From: Eledone cirrhosa
Taxonomy: Eukaryota
NCBI GenBank assembly: GCA_964016885.1
Contig: OZ024743.1
Span: forward strand, 257,300,001-257,364,000
Length of the DNA stretch: 64,000 nt
Reading direction: 5' to 3'
Shown here: positions 1-13,580 of the stretch, piece after piece
How the letters are laid out: the number at the start of each line of letters is the position of its first letter
Numbering within the stretch: position 1 is the first letter of the stretch
Program-made: the position numbers and the translations under genes
The notes under the pieces: generated by a model
Told to the model about the DNA's origin: nothing
Seen by the model: only the letters and a program-made list of their open reading frames with translations
Databases searched by the model: none

Positions 1-542
1 CTCACTAAACCAACAAATTCTCTCCCGCTCTCTATATCCCACTACATACCTCACTCTCTCTCACACAATTCCCCTTTTCACTTGACCACCAAATTCTCTC
101 TCCCTTTCTATATCCTAATAAAATATTTTTGACTTTGAAACAACGAATGTTTTGATCTTCTGTAAAGAAAGACAAAGTTCTCCCCCCCCCCCCTTTGAAC
201 CACTTGGTGTGGGGGAGATGTTTCCTTTTTTGGGTTGTGTGCTTTTGTTGCATTATTTGACAGGAGTTTAAAATATGTGGTGGTAGAGGGGTGAGGTGGT
301 GTCGGTAGTTATGTGGTGGTGTAGAAGATGGTGGGATGATAGTGTGTTTTTGTCGGTGGTGTTTGTTTATTTTGAATATAACTATCTATCTATATACTAC
401 TAAAACTCTGTAATTGTGCGCTTGTCTGTAAAGTAATACAGCCAAAACGGCGCATAATGGGAAAATACTTTGTAACAAAGTTGCCCCTGAAATGGGAATA
501 CAAATTGAAGAAAACAAGTTCCGCGTAAATCGATGACATACA

Positions 543-600
<58 letters not shown>

Positions 601-645
601 GAGAGTAAAACAAAGAAGCCTTCAATACATCAAAAGTCTTTATTA

Positions 646-683
646 GCCGACAATGTTTCGTCATATTAAGGACTCATAAGGGC
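646..683 (-). ncRNA. Minimal type I hammerhead ribozyme motif (variant core CUUAUGA)
   Basis: Minus strand reads GCC-CTTATGA-GTC cttaatat GAC-GAAA-C att GTC-GGC, followed by AATAAA. Confidence 0.65.
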
Positions 684-2486
684 AATTAAAACAACAAGAA
701 GTAATATCGGTAGATACATGCCGGAAGCTCCGAAGAATATGGAGTGTACATACACTAAAGTATTGCAAAAATATATAATAAAAATAATAAAAATATATAA
801 TAAAAATTACTAAGGATGTATATAACATTAAGAACCATATTACAAATATAGTCCAAAGCAAAAAAAAACCTAGAGCTAAACAAAGGTGGTTATATAGAAC
901 AGGAATTATATATAATACAATGTAATATAATATAATATAATATAATATACCTTTACCAACATTAAAATTACAATAAAAATCAAAAGGTACAATATGCATA
1001 TGTATATATGTGCGCACACGTACACACACATACAACAATACACACATCCATCTTCAACTGCACAAATTAAATCTTATTAAGAGTTTGAATACAAAAATAA
1101 GCATGATAGGAATGAAAATAATAATAATAATAATAATACTAATACATCTACCCAATATACATGAGGTAATAATATGATATAATTATAAGTAGCACATATA
1201 ATAAATAATAAATAATACAATTATATACTATATCATACAATATAATAGGATAGATAATCTCCGGTTAATTTACACAAACAATATAGATGTCACAATAATA
1301 ATATAATAATAATATATTAACATTTACAATATACAATATACTAACATTTATAATAAACAATATAAAGGTGCTCAAGTTAACAAATCAATTCATACTGGGT
1401 TACAGAGTCGGTGAGGAAAAATAAATTGTACAATAACCCCAAAAAATGTTGGTGGCACAAAAGTACAAACATCTTACATGATATATAAAGTTTAACATAT
1501 CATAATGTTACATATAATTAACGGTAAGTAATAAGGATCAATATTACAATAAAAAATACAATATAATATAATATATTATATAAAATAAATTAACATAATA
1601 TAATATATAATTACTTATAATTACAAGGTTGGCAGACAGACATGTATATGGATGAGTGAGTAAGTGCCAGACAGTAAATATAATGCACAGTAGTATTACA
1701 AATAAAATACAAAATATAACATATAGAATAAAATAAACAAATAGAATCAACAGGAAATTAAAAAACAAAAACAAACGTATACATTTAGGTCTCACATGCA
1801 GTTAAGTAGTTAGGTAAAAACTAAGGAAACAACCCCTGTAAATGACTCGAAAACCCTATTTGATAAATTAATATTAAAAATATTTAAACTATCCAATAAG
1901 GCAGTATAATATTAGCTATAGTTTAAGTCATTAAAGTTTATAAACGTTAATATTTCGTTACAAATGTTTACAAAAAGGAATGAAAATTTGTTATTATCAT
2001 ATACATAACGATATCTAAAGAACTGACTTAAGCAGAATTAAGGTAGGCTAACAGGGACAGAAATGAAGAAATATATGGAGGATGCAAAGGGGCATAAAAT
2101 ATAGTCGATATACTATATTACATAATAGAAAGGAGCGTAAAAGAGGGGGGGGGGTAAATATAATCATAGTCAATTTGGAGGGGTTGACAATAAGTTTATG
2201 TGCGCATGGGGGCGGGGGGGGGGGGGGGGTCCAAAGAAGAATCCGAATAAAAATAAAAATAAAAATAAGAATAAAATAAAATAAATAGCGTAAAATATAT
2301 AATCTTATATACATTCATAAGGTGTAATAGTGAAAATTTAATGCGTAAGAAGATAGATATGGTACAGTAGCCAAAAGATTATGAGAGCTAGAATAAAGAG
2401 TCATCAAAAACCAATGATAATAATGATGATTATAATAATGTTGGCAAACAAAAGAACCTAAACTAAAAAATAAATAATGGAATATA

Positions 2487-3218
2487 TCAGCTAATGGTAC
2501 AATTTGTACTACTAGAACGTTTAGGTTTATAATAAAAGTATGAATTAGAAATAGCGTGGGGGCAAGAAGAGAATATCTCAGACTTTCTATTAAGTAAAGA
2601 TGCGCTAGAGAAGATTATAGAGTGTGTCTCGAGGATACAGAGATTACAAAACTTAGTATGTGTAGAAAGGTGGTTAGAGCGTGCTACTAAACGCCAGTTA
2701 AGGCTATATGGTATATTAGCTCCCTTAAGATCCCAGATATAATGTGCTAAAGAAGTAGAATTCTTAAACTTAACATGCTTGAAATTAGAGATATGAGAGC
2801 TAAACCTAGTCTTAAAAGTGTTAGATGTAGAGCCTATGTAAGTTCTATTAGAGGAATTAGTTATAACTTCGCAAGCATAGACAATGTTCTTAGAAAGGCA
2901 GTTACCGTTTAAAGGGCAGTTAGCACTCACTCTACAATTGCACTTCCGGGTGTTATTGGTTGACTCAAGTGGTGATGCATTACACGTAGGATTGCTATTA
3001 GATAAGGACTGTTCTGGTGGTAATGCATTGCCAGATCTGTTCAGACTAGTAGTATGTAGAGAGGAGAATCCATCCCTAATTTTCCTATTGTTAGTTCTAG
3101 CTAAATGAGAACTAATATTAGGGGTGGTAGAGAATGAAAGTTTAATAACATTTTTATTAAAAATACTATGGTATTTATGAGAAGGGGGGAAATTTTTCTC
3201 TAAGATAGAGAAGAAAGA

Positions 3219-3220
<2 letters not shown>
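2487..3220 (-). pseudogene. PLE GIY-YIG endonuclease domain with CxC-x5-C-x5-C linker
   Basis: RKCNCRVSANCPLNGNCL..NIVYACEV..RTYIGSTSNTFKTRFSSH..CNLC..LLNRKSE..CPH. The N-terminal (YI)n of the listed ORF is microsatellite. Confidence 0.9.
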
Positions 3221-3287
<67 letters not shown>

Positions 3288-3321
3288 TCACACATATATA
3301 TATTTGCATACATACATACAT

Positions 3322-3425
<104 letters not shown>

Positions 3426-3491
3426 ATATTCTAATTATTTAAAAATTATTTTTAAGTAAATATGACCCGACGGGTCCGGGGTGGTCTGTTG

Positions 3492-3538
<47 letters not shown>

Positions 3539-3922
3539 TAAACGGAATAGAAAATGCTGACAAATTGTTCACAGTTGAAAAATGGTTTAATTAGGAATAA
3601 AAGAGTATTAGTGATTGTATGGGTTAGTATTCAGTTGTGGTTTTAAGTTTTTAAGTTTTTACCGGTTGCGCATTTCTAAATGCTTTTCAAAAATAATTTT
3701 GAGATAGAGTGTCCGTGCTGTTTGCTCTGATCTGATTAGTTTTGGGAATTCTACCTGTTTTTATGTTAAAAAAGTGGCTCCAGCGTTATGTTTGTGTTGC
3801 AAAAATGCTTGTGGTCAAAACAATTTTGATTGGTCGGTAGAGGTCATGTGGATAAAAAATTGGTTTTGCGCCAAGATTGAGAAATGACTCTTTCACAACA
3901 AATATGTGTGTGTGTGTGTGTA

Positions 3923-3954
<32 letters not shown>

Positions 3955-4051
3955 TGTGTGAGTGTGTGTGTGTGTGTAGTAGTAGTAGTAGTAAGGTGTT
4001 CGATGCTGCGACAATGGCCAGCAGCGATGTGTGTCAAATGGCTATTAAGAT

Positions 4052-4124
<73 letters not shown>

Positions 4125-4591
4125 GCAGAGTCATTCGAAGGTCAAAAGATATTTTTCAACTTTTGTCTTATACGGAGAAGTGCGTGTGTGTGTGTGTGTG
4201 TGTGTATAAGTCTCTTTGTATGTTGATGTACGCGTGTGTATGTGTTTGTGTATATATGTGTGTGTGTGCGGGGGGGGGGGGAGCAGTATTTTTTCCCCCT
4301 GGTAAAATGGTGTACATTATTCGATTTTTTCAGTAAAATCGGTTCTCTTAATAGAACATCAAAAATCTTAACAATAAAAGGTGCGAAATGATATTCACTA
4401 TATATATATACACACATACATATATTCACTACATATATATATACATATATACATACATATATATGCACATATATTTTTTTGTATTGCACCATAGAGCATG
4501 TGTGTTTACGTGTGTCATTGTGTTTATATCTGGGTAGAGATGTGTGCTGATGTAGGTATGTATGTTGACGTGTGTATGTTGTGGGTTCGTC

Positions 4592-5160
4592 TTAGGGAGA
4601 AGTGTTTAGACGGGGTCCGTATTTGTTAATGAAGTAAGATTCCTTGCTGATTCGCTGGGTGTGGGTGGCATTATCTTTTATTTTGTAGAGGGGAAAGATT
4701 CTGAAGTTGGGATGATTTTGGGCGGCACAGGTATCAATGTGTTCACTCAGTGGTATTTTCCTGTATTCCCGTATTTTAATTTGGGATCTATGGACAGTCA
4801 TGCGTTGGCGGAGGCTGATTTTGGTTTGGCCTATGTATTGTTCTCGACAACCTGAACAAGTTAATACATATATTAGATTTTCCGATGCACATGTGAAATT
4901 GTGTTTTACTATAAAACGTTGTCCATCTTTGAAATAGAATTCCGAACCCTCTATTAGGTTGATGCAAATGCCACAGTTGGGTCTATCGCATTTTTTTACT
5001 GTGGGTTTCGTTGTTGTGGTTGGCAGTACTTTGGCATGTGTTAAGATGTTTTTCATTGACTTGGATTGTCTTTTGCTCTTTATGATATCGTGTGTTCGTA
5101 GAATTTGGTTCATTCTATGGTCCTTTTTCAAAACAGGGATGTTCTGGAGGATGGTGTCAA
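4592..5160 (-). pseudogene. PLE GIY-YIG endonuclease with Cys-rich linker
   Basis: KCDRPNCGIC..FTCASENLIYVLTCSGCREQYIGQTKISLRQRMTVH..H..ESYFINKYGPRLN. Confidence 0.9.
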
Positions 5161-5165
5161 AATTA

Positions 5166-5202
5166 TTTTTGAAAAGCATTTAGAAATGCGCAACCGGTAA
5201 AA
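5166..5202 (+). ncRNA. Degenerate HHR-like motif (second copy 3657-3693, minus strand)
   Basis: TTT-TTGAAAA-GCAT ttagaa ATGC-GCAA-CCGGT-A-AAA. HHR topology with the palindromic ACCGGT stem III, but both core boxes are altered. Confidence 0.5.
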
Positions 5203-5359
5203 ACTTAAAAACTTAAAACCACAACTGAATACTAACCCATACAATCACTAATACTCTTTTATTCCTAATTAAACCATTTTTCAACTGTGAACAATTTGTC
5301 AGCATTTTCTATTCCGTTTACCAATATATAATAACTTGTGTGTTACACCTCTATTCTTT

Positions 5360-5398
<39 letters not shown>

Positions 5399-6309
5399 TA
5401 TTTTGGTAAAGGCACATATAGTAAGTACAGCGAACCTTTTAAAATTTATTTTAAAACTTTTCTCTATTTGCTAGACCTTTATTTTATATATATATATATA
5501 TATATATGAAAATGGTGTTCCAAGTAGGAACAAAAAGGAACCAGTTACATAAGATGTTTAATACAATGAAAGAGAAGATACATATTTATTTCATTTGTTT
5601 GAAATCACCAGGAACATTCATGATCTCAAACGAACGACACAGTTCTAGTCCTGTACAAATCATTCTATATGAAATTATTTATACTAGGTATGAATTTCCA
5701 CTTACTTCTGGACTTAGTAATTTCAATTGATGCTCGATATTGATTTTGCCAGTGAACGGAAAACATATTCATGAAGCCGTGTCAGTGGGAATTATATGCA
5801 ATGATATACTAAAAAGCCACATAAAACTGTTTGCATAGCATGTATGTACAATTGGCTCTGTTATATGTATTGCGTGTGTAAGTAAAAAAAGTCCAAAGAC
5901 ATAATAAACGCGCTCGACAGGGCAGCTGTATATGTCATCCGTCTTAATGTGTCCTCTAATCACCTTTCATTGCAGATTCCATTATAAATGTAATATGTTA
6001 TACAAGCCAAAAAAAAAAAAATTAAATAATATACTCAAAATAATAACTAGGATACATATTGCTAAATAAAAATAAATACTGACTTTTCTTAGACATAAGA
6101 CCTTATATAATTAATACAAATCAATGGCAAGACAATGTGGTATAAAGACAGGTTCAAGCTAGAATTACTACACCGTCATAAGTTTAGAATCACGTATCAC
6201 GATAAAGTCTTCTTAAACTCTCCGCCTCTTACATTACAATCACTTAAGATTTCATGAAAACTAAAATTCGTATGTATTTCATATTTTGGTAATATATCTT
6301 ATCTGAATA

Positions 6310-6720
6310 TCAGTCGGTTTCGACGATAAGTGTTTCAGTTGTTCATTCAACAGAACGGCATAGAAATTAAATCAATGTGCAAGTGGTTAAGTATTCGATA
6401 GGCTCATGCATGTTTAGCATAATTTTCAGGGATATTCTGATTGGAATAGTGTGTGGCAAAGCTGGTCCTATGAATTAAATCTATAGCTCATCATGTATTA
6501 ACGTACACGTGGTTGAGTATTCCACAGACGCGGTTGAATTAAGGTGATACTGTGACAAGGCTGGCTCTTTTAATCAGATGTATCGTCCACCTGACAGGCT
6601 TCCAAATAGTTTCCATCGACTGAGTTTTATTCATGATGCTTGGGTTTACACGAAGCTATGGAAATAGACACTTACCCAACATGTCATGCAGTGGGGCCGA
6701 ACCCGAAACATCTTGCCTGG
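6310..6720 (-). mobile_element. Degenerate tRNA-derived SINE(s)
   Basis: gacacttacccaac..gcagtggggccgaacccgaaac (reverse B-box-like). Repeated gtgacaaggctggc motif. Related decayed copy near 35040-35260. Confidence 0.5.
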
Positions 6721-7591
6721 TCTTATAAAAATGTCTGAGTACTTGTTTTTTTTAATATATTGAATTAAGCGACAATATAATTTATTTAACTTAGCGATTT
6801 ATGAAGATCTACCAGCCGCCGTACAAACAATATCTATCACATTAAGCATATTTTATTATGCATATAAATGTGCATATCCATTACATACAGTACACCCACC
6901 TATTAGTTTTAAGCTTACATCTCATGTGGAGAAATCAAAGTTATTTATAAGTGATGCGGCAATTTAACCTAACAATCACTGCGTCATAAATCTCATTTGG
7001 AAAATAATCTTTGGAGACACGGTTTCAATACCTTGTGTTTTATTCATTGGAAAAAAAATCGATATGATATTTGGTGCTGGTTGAACAAAATTAAGGCCTT
7101 ACGTCTGAGGTAAGCCAAAGTATCCGTGCTGAAAGTTATATATATATAATTTTGTTTGAAATCCAAGTTATAATGCAACAAGTTGCTATATTAAAAAGAA
7201 TATTCACAATTATTATACAAGATGAATGCATATGGAAAGAGAAATATAAAGGCAAGACTGTGCTGCCTGAAGCATTAATATATTGTGTTTTATATAGGAA
7301 GCATGACTCTATTTCTGATTAACTTCTATGACGAATTGATGTGTATTCAAGGCAAATAACGAATATAATAATGCAACGTATATTTTCTTTTCATATATTT
7401 GCAGTCGAAAAAATATAGCTCCAGAAAATTTTATTAATACAAAAGAAGATGAATAAAAACACGAAACGAATTAAAAAAGACAGATGGAGAGAGCTAACCC
7501 ACATTATTTAAAATAAATACACAATTAAAATTATGTTTTAACTATAAGAAAAGAAAATACAAAGCTGGTTGAAAATTAGATTAAGGTATGC

Positions 7592-7676
<85 letters not shown>

Positions 7677-7689
7677 TGTATATGTATAT

Positions 7690-7741
<52 letters not shown>

Positions 7742-8896
7742 GTATATATATATATTTCTACAAGAAAAATGTGATAGGAAGGAGATGTTGATTATCTTGC
7801 AACAAGGGGTGAGGCCTGCGGTTCAGTTATGTTCTAACAATGTGGACTGTTATCTATGACCCCATCAGTCTACTGCCGGCAGGATTTGGCCCCTAAGCCC
7901 TACCTCTTAGTGCTATAAACACGCAGGGTTAGCTACCTGATTGATTTGTATTCTTATGAAATGACAAAACGATTTGGTAATCAATGGTCTATGAACTAGA
8001 TAGATAGATGGGTGGCACTAATCATCTAATTGTCTTCTTGTCTAGCACGCTCTCTTCTTATTTCACCAGCTGCTTGCTGGAGACATTATATTATCTCACA
8101 AGGTGTAAGCTTTCACTTTAGGGAGCTTTTTAGGGACCATTTTAGGCCCTGATAGTTGAAGGGGTGGGAAAAAAGATTGAATTCATCTCTGGTTGATTAT
8201 GGAATAAAAACGTTATGCAGTTATAAACGCGTTATGATTATGTGAGAAATTATTTCTCTTGTTTTATGTTACAAGTTTTAAGTTTTCTTTCTATGAAAAT
8301 AAGTTAATAATCATAAGAAATTTCAATTCGATTATAGATGGTATATCTCAGCCGTGCCATACGGAGTACAAGCAGTGACACCTGCTTCATCAACCTTGCG
8401 GCAGTTCGAGGACCAAGAACATCAGAGATATTGAGAGTGACCAGCACAAAAAGAAAGCAGACAGTCAAGTACCGTTATTTGGATATCTTTCTCTCCTGCA
8501 AGTCACGGACAGAAGTGACTGGGTTTAGATACACAACTTTACCCTACCTAGCTAAACAAAGAGTTATTCAGGAAAACATTAATCGATTGCAACAGTGTTT
8601 ATAAATAATTAGTGTAAATAATAATTTTATTATTTATAAAGAAATATTATTGTCTTAAATTTTCAAATCGTTTTAAAATATCATTTTGTATAGCATGTAA
8701 TATATTGATGTATTTCAATTGTTTCCCTCCCAACATATAGACATAATATATATGATGAGAATTACCTGTTTTCTCATAGTTTTGTATAATTTTACAAAGT
8801 CTCTGATCATAACAGCATTGAGTAAAATTAACAGCTACTGACAAATTCCTTGTGTCAACGCTACAATTCAAATATATAAACACATCGCTATATATA

Positions 8897-9089
8897 AATA
8901 ATTGTTTCTACTTCAGGCACAAGGCCAGCAATTACCCAGTGCATTACTGGTACTTTATTTTATCGACCCCGTAAGGATGAAAGGCAAAGTCAACCTCGGC
9001 GGGATTTGAACTCAGATCGTAAAGGGACGTAACTATGCTGGAAAGCATGGCGTCCGACCCTCTACCGATACTGCCAATCCACCACCCTT
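8897..9089 (-). mobile_element. tRNA-derived SINE family A (Deu/Nin-like central domain)
   Basis: B-box GAGTTCAAATCCC, central gcctttcatccttacggggtcgataaaataaagtacc, ATT tail. Close copies at 11354 and 40157. Confidence 0.85.
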
Positions 9090-9234
9090 CGCTATATATA
9101 AATAATGGAGCTGGAGCGAATCGTTCACAATTTCTTTTCTTTTTTTCATCTCTTTTCATTTGAAACATGTGTAAGACAAATAAAATGTCTTTAACTTCTT
9201 TCTTCGTCTTGCTTGACTCTCCAGTATTTATCAT

Positions 9235-11310
9235 CATTCTCTGCTAAACACAGAGTTCAAGATTTTGGCCAAGGTGCTAGCAAAGAGGTTGGCGCTTGTC
9301 GTTGGTGGTCTGGTGGGAGAGGCGCAGACATGCGCCATTCCAAACAGATCCATCCACGACAACCTCCACCTCATGCGATACATCGTGGAGAAAGCAGCTA
9401 GGGAACATGGCACGAGTGGGTCCTTGATCAATTTAGATCAGTCGAAAGCTTTCGATAGGCTCGACCATCGTTATCTGGCGGCAGTCCTGAGGGCGGCTGG
9501 CTTTGGGCCCGTCTTCAGAGGCTGGATCGCTGCCATGTACAGCGACATCTGCTCTGTGGTGAGAGTGAACGGTCACCTTTTGGAACCGTTCAACATCATG
9601 CGTTCGGTCCGCCAAGGCAGTCCCCTCTCGTCCCTCTTGTACGTATTGACTCTCGAGCCATTACTGCACAAACTGGAGGCGTTGAGGGGGTCCCGCGCGA
9701 ACTAGGATGCGGAAGGTCCGTGTCAGCATATGCGGACGATGCCACCGTAGTGGTGTCGAACGCCAAACACATCGAGGTGATCGGCACTACACTAAGAGAA
9801 TACGAAGCGGTGACAGGAACAATGATCAACCAGGAAAAGTCAGTGGGCCTGCAGCTCGAACAGCGTCGTCGGACGCTGGACGGACGGACCGGTTAAATTG
9901 CTAGGGGTCTGGTTCGGTCCGGACCTCCAGACGGACAAAAAATGGGACGAGGTGACGAGCAGGGTGGCTTCTCTCACCCAGAAATGGGCGGAGAGAAAGC
10001 TATCCCTGAAAGGTCGAGCGGAGGTGGCTAACGCGTACATCGCGTCCGTCATCTACTACCGCCAGACCATCGTGCCTTGTCCTAAGCCTCGCCTGACTGC
10101 GCTGGAGCGCTTGCTCTTTCGCTTTTTGTGGAAGGGACGCTCTCCGATGGTCAGGCGGTCCATCTGCTGTCAACACCCGCTACGTGGAGGACTGGGCATG
10201 CCGTGGCTGATGATGCGCAGGCACGCGCTCAGGTTACGACATCTCCACCTCTTCCTCGGCGGTGATCAGGTGTGGTCACCGTTTGCTGGACGCGTCTTTC
10301 CCCAGCTCGTCTCCTTGACGGAGCTGCAGTCCTGGCTCAAGCGAAGACCGAGAGGGAGCGCTTGGAGACTGGAATGTCTTCAGGCGCTCACAGCCCTCGA
10401 CCAATCGGGCAATGTGATCGGTGAAAACTCCACCTTGGCGTACTATAGAGGATCAGTGGACAGGAAGAGCGACGACTGCACTTGGGAAAACTCTAGGCGT
10501 CGACGAAAATCAACTAGCCAATCTCTTCGGAAGAACTTTCGTGCCAGGGCCGATGGACAACTTCCAGAAATCCCTGGCCTGGCAGTGCTACCGAGGAGCT
10601 TTGCCAGTTCGGAATAAACTCTACAGGCATGGAGGTGCCGTCAGCCGTGCATGTCCGAGATGCGCGCAGGGCGACGAAACCGTCCTGCACGCACTCGTCC
10701 AGAGTCCGAGCATTGATGACTTGTGGGTTTATGTCGAACACCTGCTGTCACGTGTAGGACGGATCCGGCTATCAGCTGAGTCCAGCGTGAGGATTGCCCC
10801 ACCCTCTTACTTTAGCCGGGAAGGGCAGGCAGTTTTTATCTGTCTGGTGGCCATGGCGAAAGAGATAGTATGGTGGACACGTTTGAAAGGGCTGAAGACG
10901 AGCACTTACCTCTTCGGTGATGCCCTGATTAACCTTTTCAAATTTCATTTAAAAAGGAAAATCAGGGTAGAGAGGGAAGTGCTCTCTTCCCAGCATTTTG
11001 TTGTAAGATGGGTGAGAGAAGCAAGTATGGCCCGAGTGAATGGGCCTACTCTGAGTATGTGTCTGTAAATTAAAGGTGGAAAACTGGGAGAGGGCACTTG
11101 CCCTGGTGGCAAGGGTCACTGTGGGCTTTTAATGGGCTTTCTGCACAAATGTCCCTCAGAAGTCTCCCCCCTATTGGGGAATTTTTCTTTGTTATTTTAT
11201 TACATCCTCTGTTTTTTTACACGCAGAAATGCCCATTTGTACTGTCCTGTATTGTCCTGTACTGTCCTTAATGTCTACTTTATGTAAACCCTTGTGGTTA
11301 ATAAAGAAAA

Positions 11311-11353
<43 letters not shown>
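9235..11353 (+). mobile_element. 5'-truncated L1/Tx1-clade non-LTR retrotransposon (RT plus C-terminal Zn knuckle), disrupted
   Basis: LLNTEFKILAK, LDQSKAFDR, SVRQGSPLS, AYADD, LSLKGR, GGLG, CPRC-x7-H motifs across ORFs 9265-9705, 9898-10617 and 10421-11068. AATAAA plus (ATT)n tail. Confidence 0.92.
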
Positions 11354-11354
<1 letters not shown>

Positions 11355-11560
11355 GGGCGGTAGATTGGCAGTATGGGTAGAGGTCGGACGCCATACTTTC
11401 CAGCATAGTTACGTCCCTTTACGATCTGAGTTCAAATCCCGCCGAGGTTGAATTTGCCTTTCATCCTTACGGGGTCGATAAAATAAAGTACCAGTAATGC
11501 ATTGGGTAATTGCTGGCCTTGTGCCTAAAGTAGAAACAATTATTATTATTATTATTATTA
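11354..11560 (+). mobile_element. SINE family A copy
   Basis: Reverse complement of 8897-9089, with (ATT)n tail. Confidence 0.85.
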
Positions 11561-11859
11561 TGGAATTAAACATAAATATTCAATTCTTTTCGTTTGTTAA
11601 ATATTTTGGAAATATCTCGTATAACACTTGACGTTAATTGTATCGTCTGATGATTCCATTAAATTACGTTATGTTCCCACTTCGACTTGTCTCCGATTTT
11701 CAATTTTATTCTCTTATTTTAAATAAATTATAGTTTTTACAACATTGCAATTATTTAGGATTTCGTACAATCAACTATTATAATCAGGAAAGATATATGT
11801 CTCCATTTCATAATAAGTTCTCCATTTCATGGCGACAGGTGGTCTGATGTAATACAAAT

Positions 11860-12060
11860 ACACAATAAGGAACATTTCTTCTTCTTCTCCTTAAGTTCGT
11901 CAGACACTCCTTCCAAAGTGTTCTATCAGAAGCAACTTTCTCCAAATGATCCAGCAGGGTTCCCAAGCAAACCAACTGGGCTTATGTATGTTATCCAACA
12001 ATATTGCTTGTAGTCTACATTTGGGTCTCCAGCCAATTGGCTTTGTTTCCAAATTCTGAA
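11860..12060 (-). mobile_element. Old RTE-like LINE C-terminal remnant
   Basis: Frameshifted KPIGWRP..LDNI..DHLEKVASDRTLWK resembles the RTE ORF end. Confidence 0.4.
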
Positions 12061-12104
12061 CATATATATATATATATATGTATGTATGTTTGTATGTATG
12101 TATG

Positions 12105-12510
12105 ACTCCTTAGCCTTTGTCAAGCCAGAATTCTAGGAGAAGGAAAACTCTGATATAACACCTGCAACCCTGATGGTATCCAATGATGTTGACTTGTTCT
12201 TCTTTTTGGTAAATATCATCTTGGTTAAGAGAGTGGGACTGGCTTTGTGCAGTACCTTTGCTCACTATAAAAGCTTCACGGCACAGGCATTGCTTTATAT
12301 CTGGAGATCTCTCTGCACTTGTCGTCACATGGTACCATGGGACCAGCACTATGTGTCAATAATTGTCACAAGTGTAGTGTTTGTACCAGAGTTTTCAAAT
12401 CGCTGGCTGGACTAAAAAGTCACACTCGTTCAGCGCATCGGTAGGGGTTCTCCTATATGGATATAAAGTAGTGGGCGTACTCGAAAACGAGTTTGCAGCC
12501 ACCATGTATG
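12105..12510 (+). mobile_element. About 400-bp non-autonomous retro-element ending in a LINE-like C2H2 finger remnant
   Basis: Near-identical to 27077-27478. Encodes HKCSVCTRVFKSLAGLKSHTRSAHR* near its 3' end. Confidence 0.7.
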
Positions 12511-13004
12511 TATGTATATATATAGAGATATATATTACTAATTACAAAATCAATCCTTTGTATAAATTCTTGTCATCTATGAAACCTTTTGACAATATTA
12601 TTTTCGGGATCCTGGATAGTTTGTAATCTGGGTTTTGTCATTGTTGGTTGCTCGCATTACCAACATATCAGAGGATGCTTCTGGTGAAGTTGCTTGGTTA
12701 TTCCAGGGATTTAACATCGCTAGAATTAACTGCAATGCCCTGTGTGTGAGTGGGTATGTGTTAGCTTTTTCAAATATTATTAAAGGGAAATTCTAGCGAA
12801 CTTCTATTATCATACAATTAAAATGAATTGTCATATAAGCACAGAAGGCAATGGGTACGACCATTTGCTCCAGACATACTGGATAACAAACGAATAATAA
12901 TGCTTTCTGATTTAGGTACAAAGCCAACAGTTTTGGTTGGTGGGGAAGTCAACGAAATTGACCCTGTAAGGGTGAAGGGCAAAGCTAACCACTAACGATA
13001 CTGC

Positions 13005-13144
13005 CAGTGTCGGATTTAGGACAAATAAGGCCCTGTGTTAATTACGTTATGAGGCTCTGAAGGACTTAAAAATCCTTTTGGCAGGAAGATGCTCCCCCCC
13101 ACCCCCCCACCCTGTTCTTAAGCCCAATGGTAAATGCGGCACTG
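13005..13144. mobile_element. hAT-type MITE inserted in a decayed SINE
   Basis: TIRs CAGTGTCGGATTTA / TAAATGCGGCACTG. 8-bp TSD GATACTGC / GATACTGA. Confidence 0.75.
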
Positions 13145-13268
13145 GATACTGACAATCCAGACTATATATATTAGTAGTCCTTCTCGTAGTGAATAGCATA
13201 CATTTCGATTAAATTACCTCTGATCAGTGGTAATAGATAAGTTTTATATTGATATTCATTTATAATAT

Positions 13269-13580
13269 GAAAGTACATGGCTAAATGGTTTGAGAAATGC
13301 ATTCACAATCGTGAGGTTTTGAATTCGATTTATGGACCATCTCTTTAGCAAAACATTTTATTTTACGCTGCTCCAGTTCACTTGACACCGCTAGTGTCAA
13401 AATGTATCAACTTGTTCCTTTTCCTTGGACAACATTGGTGGTCTGGGGAGGGAAGCTAGGCATGCATGGGTGACAGCTGGTCTTCCACAGAAATAACTTG
13501 CCCAGTCTTGTGCCTCGGAGGAGAACTTTATTGGTACAAAACCATTGGTCATTTATGATCGAAGGGAGTCTTTACCCTTT
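13269..13580 (+). mobile_element. tRNA-derived SINE family C (decayed)
   Basis: Colinear with 33250-33583 (ccttggacaacattggtgg, gcctcggaggagaacttt, gaagggagtcttta). Confidence 0.7.

Larger units (their letters stand above)
598..3220 (-). mobile_element. 5'-truncated Penelope-like element: GIY-YIG C-terminal region plus long AT-rich 3' UTR/pLTR
   Basis: GIY-YIG ORF remnant at 2487-3220. HHR motif and AATAAA near the far end (639-683). (TA)n tracts on both sides. Confidence 0.8.
3530..5365 (-). mobile_element. Truncated PLE (Neptune-type endonuclease) with inverted pLTR at its 5' end
   Basis: GIY-YIG ORF at 4592-5160. About 170-bp inverted repeat (3530-3701 vs 5158-5330) carrying an HHR-like motif. 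(TA)n flanks. Confidence 0.85.

Noticed and set aside
8338-8604. Possible host exon after an AG
   Set aside because: No recognisable protein motif in any frame and no partner exons.
8897-11560. Inverted SINEs flanking the Tx1 element as a composite transposon
   Set aside because: The same SINE occurs independently elsewhere with its own TSD, and no TSD surrounds the composite.
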